Assembly: GCA_041494705.1 (NCBI GenBank)
Contig: JBGQBI010000002.1
Span: 180,001-212,000, forward strand
DNA length: 32,000 nucleotides
Direction of reading: 5' to 3'
Source: Candidatus Methanoperedens sp.
Lineage (GTDB): Archaea > Halobacteriota > Methanosarcinia > Methanosarcinales > Methanoperedenaceae
In this document: one piece after another, positions 23,875 through 31,808 of the stretch
Layout of the letters: every line of letters begins with the position of its first letter
Position numbering within the stretch: the first letter of the stretch is position 1
Position numbers and translations under genes: made by a program
Notes under the pieces: model-generated
Database searches by the model: none
The model's input: the letters and a program-made list of their open reading frames with translations, nothing else
What the model was told of the DNA's origin: nothing

Positions 23875-25644
23875 ATGGATCACAATGGAAAATCCTCTGA
23901 AGTCATTTTCTTCCTAGGCGCAGGGGCATCAGTTCCAGCAGGTGTTCCTGATACATATTCTTTTGTTCAGGAATTCATTGATGATATTGACGAGGCTGAG
24001 AAAAAAGAAACCATTGAAAAGATAGTCCAAACCTTAGAAGTATGGAATTTAGAAGTATGGAAAAAATCTAAAATTGATATTGAACTTCTTCTAGAAACTT
24101 TAGTAAAACTTAAAGACAGAAAATATGAACCTTTACTGCAATTTTATGAAGGCAAAGCCTTCATCTTAAAAGGATATGCGGATAAGAAACCATTGATAGA
24201 TGATTTAAAAAATTTCATCAAATCTAGAGCAATCGTATCAGAAGAGGAGATTAAATATCTTCAACCTCTCCGTGGTTTTATAGAGGAATTTAGACCATTG
24301 GATATTATTTCACTAAATTATGATACTTGTATAGAGCAATTTTGTAATGTCCATAAGTTATCATATCAGGATGGCTTCGATGTCCACTGGAATCCCAAGA
24401 CATTTACCACAGAACATACAGATATTCGTCTTTACAAGTTACATGGCTCAGTAATGTGGTATCAAAGCGATAGAGGCGGTTATATTAAATCGCCTGTTAT
24501 GACGGATACAAGCAATATTCAGCTTATTACAGGTGAAAAAGCCGAGAATTTGATGCTGTATCCAATGCAAAAATGGGACTTTGCTGAGCCACTTTTGGAG
24601 TTGTTAGTAGAAATCAAACATCTTCTCGAATCCGAAACGTGTAAATTTTTAATTGTTGTTGGCTATTCTTTTAGAGATGATCACATCAGAAAAATCTTAT
24701 GGGATGCAGCAAGAAAAAATAAAAAGCTTCATATTATATTTATTGATCCAAAAGCGTATCAGATTTACGGTGAAAAACTCAAATATTACGATAAGCAGCA
24801 TAAAATTCCATCATCATTTGATGGAAAGGTCATCTGTCTACCATATAAGTTTGAAGATGTATTTCCTTATCTTAAAAACTATTACTTAACTCAGTTAAGA
24901 GCAGGTCTAAGTAGCGAGGCGGGTCAATATCAAGCAGAAATCCATGGAGGAAAAGCGAGTTGGATATCTTGCATTAGACCCTTTCTTAGTGCAGAATATA
25001 TTGAAAAAGCAGAAGAAATTTTGAAGAAGATAGAGACCTCTGAACTAAAGGGTGATTGGATGTTAAGTCTTGAACTCCCTCTGAAGATAGGAATTAATCT
25101 ATCCTCTAATCGGTTAGAAGAAAGAGCATCCAGATACACCAAATATTTTAATAGCCAACTATTTAAAATCGCAGTAGAAAGAATTAATGTGAGCATAGTT
25201 AGAAACCCTCCTGATTTTGATATTGAGATCAACTTCAATTACCGAGGCAATAAATCTGGTAGCAGCTACATTGGAGGGGAACAATTTAAGGAGTTCATTG
25301 AAACTCTATCTGAATTTTGTGAAACGAGGGAGAGATTCGTGAATAATATAGGAAAAGAATTTCAGAAAATCTCCAATCAGTTAAAAAAACTTAAACAGTA
25401 TTTAAAACCATTTAACAAAGGAAAAATTGAATTTGAAAGTTATATTGAGCTTAGAGAGAATGAGATACCTAACATTGAGCAATTCAGAAATGAGTATAAT
25501 CTGTTAAAAAAAGACTCACAATTACGAAATTTAGAGACAACTATCTTAGATGTTGAGCAAAGTATTTTAAAAGGATTTATTGGGATGAAACAAATCCGAC
25601 CCACGCATTCTAGAAGCAAGAGACAAATACATAAAAATGTATAA
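23875..25644 (+). CDS. SIR2_2-type (sirtuin-like, NADase-type) domain protein with an uncharacterised C-terminal domain of about 250 aa.
   Basis: The motifs occur in the expected order: FFLGAGASVPAGVPD (aa 12-26), SLNYDT (N148/D150), YKLHGS (H190) and VVGYSFRDDH (aa 261-270). The C-terminal region (aa ~340-589) is K/E/N-rich and I recognise no motif in it. Composition is AT-rich, with about 33% GC in line 24661-24720 against about 58% in tupC line 23641-23700 (both hand counts). Confidence 0.75.
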   Translation: MDHNGKSSEVIFFLGAGASVPAGVPDTYSFVQEFIDDIDEAEKKETIEKIVQTLEVWNLEVWKKSKIDIELLLETLVKLKDRKYEPLLQFYEGKAFILKGYADKKPLIDDLKNFIKSRAIVSEEEIKYLQPLRGFIEEFRPLDIISLNYDTCIEQFCNVHKLSYQDGFDVHWNPKTFTTEHTDIRLYKLHGSVMWYQSDRGGYIKSPVMTDTSNIQLITGEKAENLMLYPMQKWDFAEPLLELLVEIKHLLESETCKFLIVVGYSFRDDHIRKILWDAARKNKKLHIIFIDPKAYQIYGEKLKYYDKQHKIPSSFDGKVICLPYKFEDVFPYLKNYYLTQLRAGLSSEAGQYQAEIHGGKASWISCIRPFLSAEYIEKAEEILKKIETSELKGDWMLSLELPLKIGINLSSNRLEERASRYTKYFNSQLFKIAVERINVSIVRNPPDFDIEINFNYRGNKSGSSYIGGEQFKEFIETLSEFCETRERFVNNIGKEFQKISNQLKKLKQYLKPFNKGKIEFESYIELRENEIPNIEQFRNEYNLLKKDSQLRNLETTILDVEQSILKGFIGMKQIRPTHSRSKRQIHKNV

Positions 25645-25683
25645 AAAGAAAAATTACGCAAGGCAATTTTCACGGTGATAATA

Positions 25684-27045
25684 TTAACCCTCTATATTGC
25701 GCTTCATCACAGTCCCGAAAAAGCCATCCGTACCATGAACATGCGGCAGCGACCTGAAAAATCCTTCTTCTGTCATAAATTTGCCAAATATATCAGGGTT
25801 CATTTCAGAAGCAGGAACCATGTAGAAATCCATGTTCTCATCAAGAAACCCCCGCACAACTTCCTCATTTTCCTCCCTGCTGATGGTGCATGTTGCATAG
25901 ACAAGCCTCCCGCCAGGTTTTACAAGACTGCTATATTCCCTTATTATTTCTTTTTGCTTAGCAGAAAGCTCTCTTATATCCTCCTGTGTAAGCCTCCATT
26001 TCGAATCCGGGTTTCTCCTGAATACTCCCATGCCAGAACATGGGGCGTCTATCAATACGCAATCAGCCCGGCTTTTGTATTCACCAAGCATGTCAGTTTC
26101 AACAGTCCGGATATTCAAAGCTCCTGCCCTCGCTGCCCGCCGCCTCAGGTTTGCAAGTTTTGAAGCGCTGGTTTCAAAAGCAATAATGGTACCTTTATTC
26201 TTCATCAATCCTGAAAGGAAGAGGGACTTTCCGCCGTTTCCCGCGCATGCATCCACAACAAATTCTCCCGGCTTTGCCCCCGTAAGAAGTGTAATGAGCT
26301 GGCTGCCCTCGTCCTGCACCTCAAAAGCCCCGTTCGAAAAGGCATCTGTTTTAAAGATATCCTCTTTTTTATCAACAACAAGCCCGAAAGGCGAGAACAT
26401 AGTTGGCGATGAAGTATAGCCCTCCTGGTCAAGAGACTCCCGGAGAGATTCGCGTTTTGTCTTCAGGGGATTGGCGCGTATTGTTAAAGGAGGTTCGTGA
26501 TTATTGGCAGCGCATAGCGCTTCCACCACGCCTGGTCCATGAAACTCTTTCAGCCATTTTTCCACAATCCACGCAGGGTGTGAATGATATATTGAGATAT
26601 ATTCAAGAGGCGTTTTTTCTTTATCCGGGAAGATAACTTTATCCTGATTTCTTATTATCCCCTCAACCGTCCTTTTTACAAAACCTTCAAACTTTTTCTC
26701 ATCCACGCAAAGCGCTGTAGCGTTATTTATGATGCCGGCAGCCGATGCCCCGGTAAACGCTGCCTGGTAAGTGCAAATCCTGAGTATATTGAGAATATTT
26801 AAATCAACATCGGAAGGCGATACTCTTGATGCATGTCCGATAATATAATCAATCCGCCCCTGATGACGCAGGATTCCGTAGGTGAACTCAACGATGGTTG
26901 CTTTTTCGGCTGATGAAAAAGTTTCATTTTTAAAAATCCCGCCAAGCAGCACGTCTGGATATTTTTTTCCAGATAATATTGATTTCAGGAGCTGCAGGAT
27001 AACGAAATACGCTTTTTGTCTTATGAAAATGCTGTTATTTCTCAA
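25684..27045 (-). CDS. NOL1/NOP2/Sun-family RNA (cytosine-C5) methyltransferase with an N-terminal NusB-like domain.
   Basis: The SAM motif is VDACAGNGGKS. The catalytic motifs are DAPCSGMGVFRRNPD (PC) and YATCTISREENE (TC). The track start at 27045 is a TTG and there is no early ATG, so the exact start is uncertain. Confidence 0.85.
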   Translation of the reverse strand: MRNNSIFIRQKAYFVILQLLKSILSGKKYPDVLLGGIFKNETFSSAEKATIVEFTYGILRHQGRIDYIIGHASRVSPSDVDLNILNILRICTYQAAFTGASAAGIINNATALCVDEKKFEGFVKRTVEGIIRNQDKVIFPDKEKTPLEYISIYHSHPAWIVEKWLKEFHGPGVVEALCAANNHEPPLTIRANPLKTKRESLRESLDQEGYTSSPTMFSPFGLVVDKKEDIFKTDAFSNGAFEVQDEGSQLITLLTGAKPGEFVVDACAGNGGKSLFLSGLMKNKGTIIAFETSASKLANLRRRAARAGALNIRTVETDMLGEYKSRADCVLIDAPCSGMGVFRRNPDSKWRLTQEDIRELSAKQKEIIREYSSLVKPGGRLVYATCTISREENEEVVRGFLDENMDFYMVPASEMNPDIFGKFMTEEGFFRSLPHVHGTDGFFGTVMKRNIEG

Positions 27046-27613
27046 AAATTATCATACCGGTTTTAAGATGAGCAACATCTTCCGCTGTAAGCTCCTTTTT
27101 CGTGGCATTTTCTGCAATTATGGCGCTGTTGCCCAGCGGGTCTTCGATGATAACGGTTATCTCATAATTACCTGCTTTTATTTTTTCAAGAATCGAGAGA
27201 AGTTCCAGTGCGCGCTCTGTTTTTTCTTTCTCGTCCCAGCGGGTCACCATTCCAAGTATTTCTTCAACCCTGTCAAGCACGCCTTCGATATTAGAGACAA
27301 AAGATTCGGAGGCGGGTCCCGGCTCTATATTTACACCGAGTTCCGGTATCCTTATCGTTCCTGACGTGGAACGCACCACCCGCGCATCAAGGTCGTCCTG
27401 GTTTTTTATTTTCAATTCGTACCGCACAGGTTTACGCTGTGCCAGTATTAAAGTATCCGAATACCGGAATCCGCATTCACACAGGGAAGTAATATGCATC
27501 ACCTCCCCGAAAAAAGGAATATTATCCGGAACCCAGTTTGTCAGGAGTTCCTTATGACAAAGCGGACAAACGCTCCTGGTAACAGTTAATGGGTGAATTG
27601 GTTCAGAGTTCAC
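27035..27613 (-). CDS. ZPR1-type zinc finger protein.
   Basis: CPLCHKELLTNWVPDNIPFFGEVMHITSLCECGFRYSD matches the ZPR1 zinc-finger module. The GTG start overlaps the sepF stop as GTGA. Confidence 0.8.
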   Translation of the reverse strand: MNSEPIHPLTVTRSVCPLCHKELLTNWVPDNIPFFGEVMHITSLCECGFRYSDTLILAQRKPVRYELKIKNQDDLDARVVRSTSGTIRIPELGVNIEPGPASESFVSNIEGVLDRVEEILGMVTRWDEKEKTERALELLSILEKIKAGNYEITVIIEDPLGNSAIIAENATKKELTAEDVAHLKTGMIIFEK

Positions 27614-27981
27614 TTTAACTTTTGTCTGTCGATTCGGACACCACGCGGCGTTACAATGACCTGGTCTTCCTTTATCATTGCAATGTCGCCATGCACGTCG
27701 CCAACAACCTGTTTTAAATCCTTAATCGCCCTGTCGAAAACCATTTTATCCTTTTTTGCAGGCGATATATCAATCATAAGGATATTCCCGCTGTATATCT
27801 GCTTCTTCAATTCCGGCATAATATCAAGCCCGGAAAGTTCAGCTATCCGGATAAAAGTACCCGTCGGTTCATCTTTGAAACCTTCTTCGAATTCCGATAA
27901 ATCAAGTTCTTGATATTCCTCTGCCTCTGCTTTTGCCTTTTTCCCGCTTCCTAGGAACTTATCTAAAAATTTCGACGCCAT
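27610..27981 (-). CDS. sepF: SepF-like cell division protein (DUF552).
   Basis: The 123-aa ORF has a C-terminal core, QIYSGNILMIDISP...AIKDLKQVVGDVHGDIAMIKEDQVIVTPRGVRI, typical of SepF. Confidence 0.75.
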   Translation of the reverse strand: MASKFLDKFLGSGKKAKAEAEEYQELDLSEFEEGFKDEPTGTFIRIAELSGLDIMPELKKQIYSGNILMIDISPAKKDKMVFDRAIKDLKQVVGDVHGDIAMIKEDQVIVTPRGVRIDRQKLK

Positions 27982-28022
27982 GAAATCATCACCTTTACTC
28001 CTTACTGTTTATATCTATTTAT

Positions 28023-28505
28023 TTATTTCTGTTCAAGCTTCCATATTTCGTCCCCGACAAAATGTATGGATTTAACAGCCTTTCCTTTTCCCCCTACCAT
28101 GTCTTTTCCGGTCATAAGAGCCCTTCCAATAGCGAGCGCCTTCCCATGAGCCTGTTCCACTACTATAACGAGGTCGCCCTCCCTGATAGCAGGGTCGGCA
28201 TCGACTATTCCCGGCGCCATTATGTCAGCCCCGTTTATAATGAATTTCACAGCCCCGGGGTCCACCACAACCCTGCGCCGGGAAGGGTTCAACTTGAGAG
28301 CGCCTTTTACTGTCGGGAATATCTTCCCTTCTATCTTGAATAATAGCGGTTCACCGTCCACGAAAATAAAATCCGATTCATCTGACTGTACATATTCAAG
28401 CTTCTTTCCAATAAAAGAAGAGACATCTCCAAAAGCTTCCATAATATCATTGACGAGAGCCTTTTCTTCGGTCTTTCTCAATATATTCCGTGATTTTATT
28501 TTCAT
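28023..28505 (-). CDS. PUA-domain RNA-binding protein (archaeal pre-PUA plus PUA, Tma20/MCT-1-like).
   Basis: The PUA core is VVVDPGAVKFIINGADIMAPGIV...REGDLVIVV...GKALAIGRALM. Confidence 0.75.
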   Translation of the reverse strand: MKIKSRNILRKTEEKALVNDIMEAFGDVSSFIGKKLEYVQSDESDFIFVDGEPLLFKIEGKIFPTVKGALKLNPSRRRVVVDPGAVKFIINGADIMAPGIVDADPAIREGDLVIVVEQAHGKALAIGRALMTGKDMVGGKGKAVKSIHFVGDEIWKLEQK

Positions 28506-28644
28506 AAAGGGTTACGCCCCTTTATGACGTATAGGGGTATGGCGCATACTCCTTCTTTTGATAAACCTTTCTTAAAGGTTTTCATTTGCCACCAATAGTT
28601 TTAAATATTGTCCTGACCACTTTGGTGCACTATTGAATTAATAG

Positions 28645-28884
<240 letters not shown>

Positions 28885-28904
28885 AATAACAAAGGTGATA
28901 ATAA

Positions 28905-29075
28905 ATGTCAAAAGGTACGCCGTCAATGGGTATGCGCCAGCATAAGACCCATATAAAATGCAGAAGATGCGGAAGCGTTTCATTTAATACCCATACAAAA
29001 ATGTGTGCATCGTGCGGATTCGGAAAGACCAAACGAATGAGATCATACAAATGGCAAGAAAAATGCGGATATTAA
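28905..29075 (+). CDS. rpl37e: 50S ribosomal protein L37e.
   Basis: This ORF is not in the track because it is under 60 aa. My hand translation gives [56 protein letters not shown]. It has the C4 zinc ribbon and GKRN/HK-THxxCRRCG pattern of L37e. LSm-L37e adjacency is a known archaeal arrangement. Confidence 0.9.
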   Translation: MSKGTPSMGMRQHKTHIKCRRCGSVSFNTHTKMCASCGFGKTKRMRSYKWQEKCGY

Positions 29076-29086
29076 GGTGACCCCGG

Positions 29087-30490
29087 TTGCATGAAGAATG
29101 CGGTATAGTCGGTGTCTCTTATAAAGAAGAGGCACCTGCCGCACTATCAATCTATTACGCATTATATTCTCTCCAGCACAGGGGCCAGGAATCCGCCGGC
29201 ATAACCGTCCATGACGGGAACTGTGTCCAGACTTTAAAAGGCATGGGACTCGTGCCTGATGTTTTTAATAAAGCCGATATCCAGAAACTGAAAGGTCATG
29301 TCGGCATCGGGCATGTCCGTTATTCGACTACAGGCGGTTCAAAGATTGAGAATTGCCAGCCTCTTCTTGTCAGTTTCAGCAACGGGACAATAGCAATCGC
29401 CCATAATGGCAATCTTGTAAACTCAAAAGAATTGAGAGAAGAGCTTGTAAAAGAGGGGAGGATATTCCTCTCGGATTCTGATACCGAGGTCATTGCGCAT
29501 CTTCTGGTTAAAGAACTCATGCACAATGAACTTGAAGATGCTGTCAGGGAGATGATGAAAAGGCTTGTCGGTTCTTATTCGCTTGCTATCCTGATAGACA
29601 AAACGCTTGTCATTATCCGCGACCCGCTTGGAGTAAAACCCCTGTGTCTCGGGCGTATTGATAATGGTTTTGTTGTGGCGTCTGAAAGTGTTGCTATTGA
29701 TATATTAAACGGGGATTTTATTCGTGATGTTGCTCCGGGAGAAATGCTGATATTCAGCAACGGGTCGTATGAAAGTCGCCAGCTTGTTAAATCAAAAAAT
29801 TGCGCGCACTGCGTTTTTGAATATATTTATTTTGCGCGCCCCGATTCGGTTATAGACGGACAGCTTGTGTATAATGTCAGGATGCGCATCGGAGCAACGC
29901 TTTTTAAGGAGCATCCGGTAGAAGCCGATATTGTTTCCCCGGTGCCTGATTCTGGAATTACCTATGCGATAGGTTTCTCCAAGAGCTCAGGCATCGATTA
30001 TATGGAAGGATTGATGAAGAACCGCTATATAGGGCGGACTTTCATCATGCCCGGCCAGGATATGAGGGAGACTGCGGTCAGATTGAAACTCAATACAATA
30101 AAGCCAAATATAGAAGGCAAACGCGTTGTGCTCATCGACGACAGCATTGTGCGCGGGACAACCTCGCGGCGGATAATAGATTTGATTCGTAAAGCAGGAA
30201 CGAAGGAGATCCACATGAGGGTTGCCAGCCCGCCGATTATTTCACCGTGTTATCTGGGGATTGACATGGCTACAAGAGAGGAACTTGTGGCTGCTTATAA
30301 GTCGGTGAAAGGTGTTGAGGCTTTGATTAATGCCGATTCGCTGGGGTATTTGAGCATTGAAGGGCTTGTGAGCTCTATCGGGATTCCCATGGATGACCTG
30401 TGCGTGGGTTGTCTGAGCGGTGTTTATCCTGTTGAGATTCCTGGCGAGAAGTGTTCAAGAAGGCAGTTGAAGTTGTCGGAGTTTGATTAA
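29087..30490 (+). CDS. purF: Amidophosphoribosyltransferase.
   Basis: The N-terminal nucleophile context is MHEE-CGIVGV, followed by LQHRGQESAGI, the PRPP loop VVLIDDSIVRGTT, and C-terminal Cys residues. Only a TTG start at 29087 is available in frame, with the SD AAGGTGA 6 nt upstream. Confidence 0.92.
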   Translation: MHEECGIVGVSYKEEAPAALSIYYALYSLQHRGQESAGITVHDGNCVQTLKGMGLVPDVFNKADIQKLKGHVGIGHVRYSTTGGSKIENCQPLLVSFSNGTIAIAHNGNLVNSKELREELVKEGRIFLSDSDTEVIAHLLVKELMHNELEDAVREMMKRLVGSYSLAILIDKTLVIIRDPLGVKPLCLGRIDNGFVVASESVAIDILNGDFIRDVAPGEMLIFSNGSYESRQLVKSKNCAHCVFEYIYFARPDSVIDGQLVYNVRMRIGATLFKEHPVEADIVSPVPDSGITYAIGFSKSSGIDYMEGLMKNRYIGRTFIMPGQDMRETAVRLKLNTIKPNIEGKRVVLIDDSIVRGTTSRRIIDLIRKAGTKEIHMRVASPPIISPCYLGIDMATREELVAAYKSVKGVEALINADSLGYLSIEGLVSSIGIPMDDLCVGCLSGVYPVEIPGEKCSRRQLKLSEFD

Positions 30491-30573
30491 TTTCAAAAGA
30501 ATGCATATCATTGGTTTTTCAAAATTAAGGGAAAACTAAAAAAGAGAGAACTGATATTAAACAATGAGGCATA

Positions 30574-31212
30574 ATGACTATGGGCATAATAAAAAGGCTG
30601 GGGCTGAACTTTAAGTGGATAAAACGGTTATTCAAGAAAAGGAAAGCGAGGATTGGAATATACGGTCCTCCCAATGCGGGGAAGACTACGCTTGCGAACA
30701 GGATTGTTAGGGACTGGACCGGCGATGCCATGGGTTCGGTATCCCATATCCCTCATGAAACCCGCAGGGCGAGAAGGCGCGAAGGTGTGACCATCGAATG
30801 CAACGGCTCGTCTGTGACTCTGGATATAATTGATACGCCCGGACTTGCCACCAAAATCGATTTCCATGATTTCATGGCTTTTGGCCTGACTGAAGAAGAA
30901 TCGAAACGGCGGGCAAAAGAAGCGACTGAAGGTGTGATTGAAGCTGTTAAATGGCTGGATGACCTTGATGGTGTGATACTTGTTATGGATGCGACAGAAG
31001 ACCCATATACGCAGGTGAATGTGACCGTGATAGGCAATATGGAAGCGCGGAAGCTTCCGCTTTTGATAGCAGCCAATAAGATCGACCTTCCCACCTCATC
31101 CCCTGCAAGGATTCACAGCGCGTTCCCGCAGCACCCCCTCGTGCCCATATCCGCTCTTGAAGGGCAGAACATAGATGCACTGTACCAACAAATTGCTGAC
31201 CACTTCGGGTGA
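30574..31212 (+). CDS. Small Era/EngB-like GTP-binding protein.
   Basis: G1 is GPPNAGKTT, G3 is DTPGL, G4 is NKID and G5 is ISA. Confidence 0.8.
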   Translation: MTMGIIKRLGLNFKWIKRLFKKRKARIGIYGPPNAGKTTLANRIVRDWTGDAMGSVSHIPHETRRARRREGVTIECNGSSVTLDIIDTPGLATKIDFHDFMAFGLTEEESKRRAKEATEGVIEAVKWLDDLDGVILVMDATEDPYTQVNVTVIGNMEARKLPLLIAANKIDLPTSSPARIHSAFPQHPLVPISALEGQNIDALYQQIADHFG

Positions 31213-31260
31213 TTATTATGAAAAACTTTATGAACGCTTTATCAAAAACTGTTGCGTCAG

Positions 31261-31440
31261 TTTACACCGCACACACGTATAGCTTCGCTATACGTGGATA
31301 CCGCAAAACCGTCGCGCCGCTTTACTTCGCAGATACGTATGGCTTTGCCATACGTGGACACTGCGTAAACCGAAGTTTCGGTTTTCAAACGACAGGTATG
31401 CAAAGCATACCTGAACACCGCATAAAACGAGGTGTCGCTT
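31261..31440 (+). repeat. Tandem array of three 60-nt units, each with a central 9-bp-stem hairpin, inside the GTPase-DUF2073 spacer.
   Basis: The units are 31261-31320, 31321-31380 and 31381-31440, and they align column by column. The hairpins are CACGTATAG-cttcg-CTATACGTG (31274-31296), ACGTATGGC-ttt-GCCATACGT (31335-31355) and CAGGTATGC-aaa-GCATACCTG (31393-31413). An extra hairpin, AAACCGA-agtt-TCGGTTT, lies at 31367-31384. The word CGCTTTA recurs at unit boundaries. Confidence 0.7.
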
Positions 31441-31441
31441 T

Positions 31442-31804
31442 ATGATTAAAGGAATTCAAATGGATTTAATATCAGAGGATAAACTCGATTCCATGACCTC
31501 GATGGAAAAGGTGCGGTTAATCCTGGATGAGGTAAGAAACGGGAAAATCCTTATACTTGAGAAAGGGCTCACCCCGAATGAGCAGACAAAACTTATAGAG
31601 CTAACCATGACAGAGATAGCGCCAGACGATTTCTCAGGGATTGAGATCGAGAGTTACCCTGTAAAACATGATAGCAATATACTGGGTAAACTGTTCGGGA
31701 AAACCACTGTGAAGACAAGGCTTACAGTAATAGGTCCTGCAGACCAGCTAAAGACGATAAAAAAGGACAGGGACCTGATAAGCGCCCTTGTTTCAGCACC
31801 ATAG
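31442..31804 (+). CDS. Conserved archaeal protein of unknown function, DUF2073-like.
   Basis: The 120-aa ORF sits between a small GTPase and a Zn-ribbon gene, the arrangement I recall for DUF2073/DUF2072. I recognise no catalytic motif. Confidence 0.6.
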   Translation: MIKGIQMDLISEDKLDSMTSMEKVRLILDEVRNGKILILEKGLTPNEQTKLIELTMTEIAPDDFSGIEIESYPVKHDSNILGKLFGKTTVKTRLTVIGPADQLKTIKKDRDLISALVSAP

Positions 31805-31808
31805 TTTT

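Noticed and set aside
23820-25683. Short direct repeats flanking the SIR2 gene as target-site duplication or att sites. The left copy is ATTATGCGAAAG and the right copy is ATTACGCAAGG.
   Set aside because: Only about 9-10 of 12 positions match, with an indel. No integrase, transposase or tRNA is adjacent. The match is too short to distinguish from chance by eye.
28504-28581. Hairpins ATAAAGGG-ttacgcc-CCTTTAT and AACCTTT-ctt-AAAGGTT in the spacer between the PUA and LSm genes.
   Set aside because: The stems are short (7-8 bp) and sit in an AT-rich divergent promoter region. One of them overlaps the start codon of the PUA gene. Nothing distinguishes them from chance palindromes without comparative data.
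31261-31440. Possible mini CRISPR array.
   Set aside because: The units are contiguous 60-mers with no unique spacers between conserved repeats. The units diverge from one another, and no cas genes are in the window.
31209-31445. Track ORF of 78 aa filling the GTPase-DUF2073 spacer, as a real small protein.
   Set aside because: Its sequence only mirrors the 60-nt DNA repeat. Peptide similarity disappears in unit 3 while the hairpin is preserved by compensatory changes. This favours nucleic-acid structure over coding. The neat GTGA/ATGA overlaps keep a small residual doubt.
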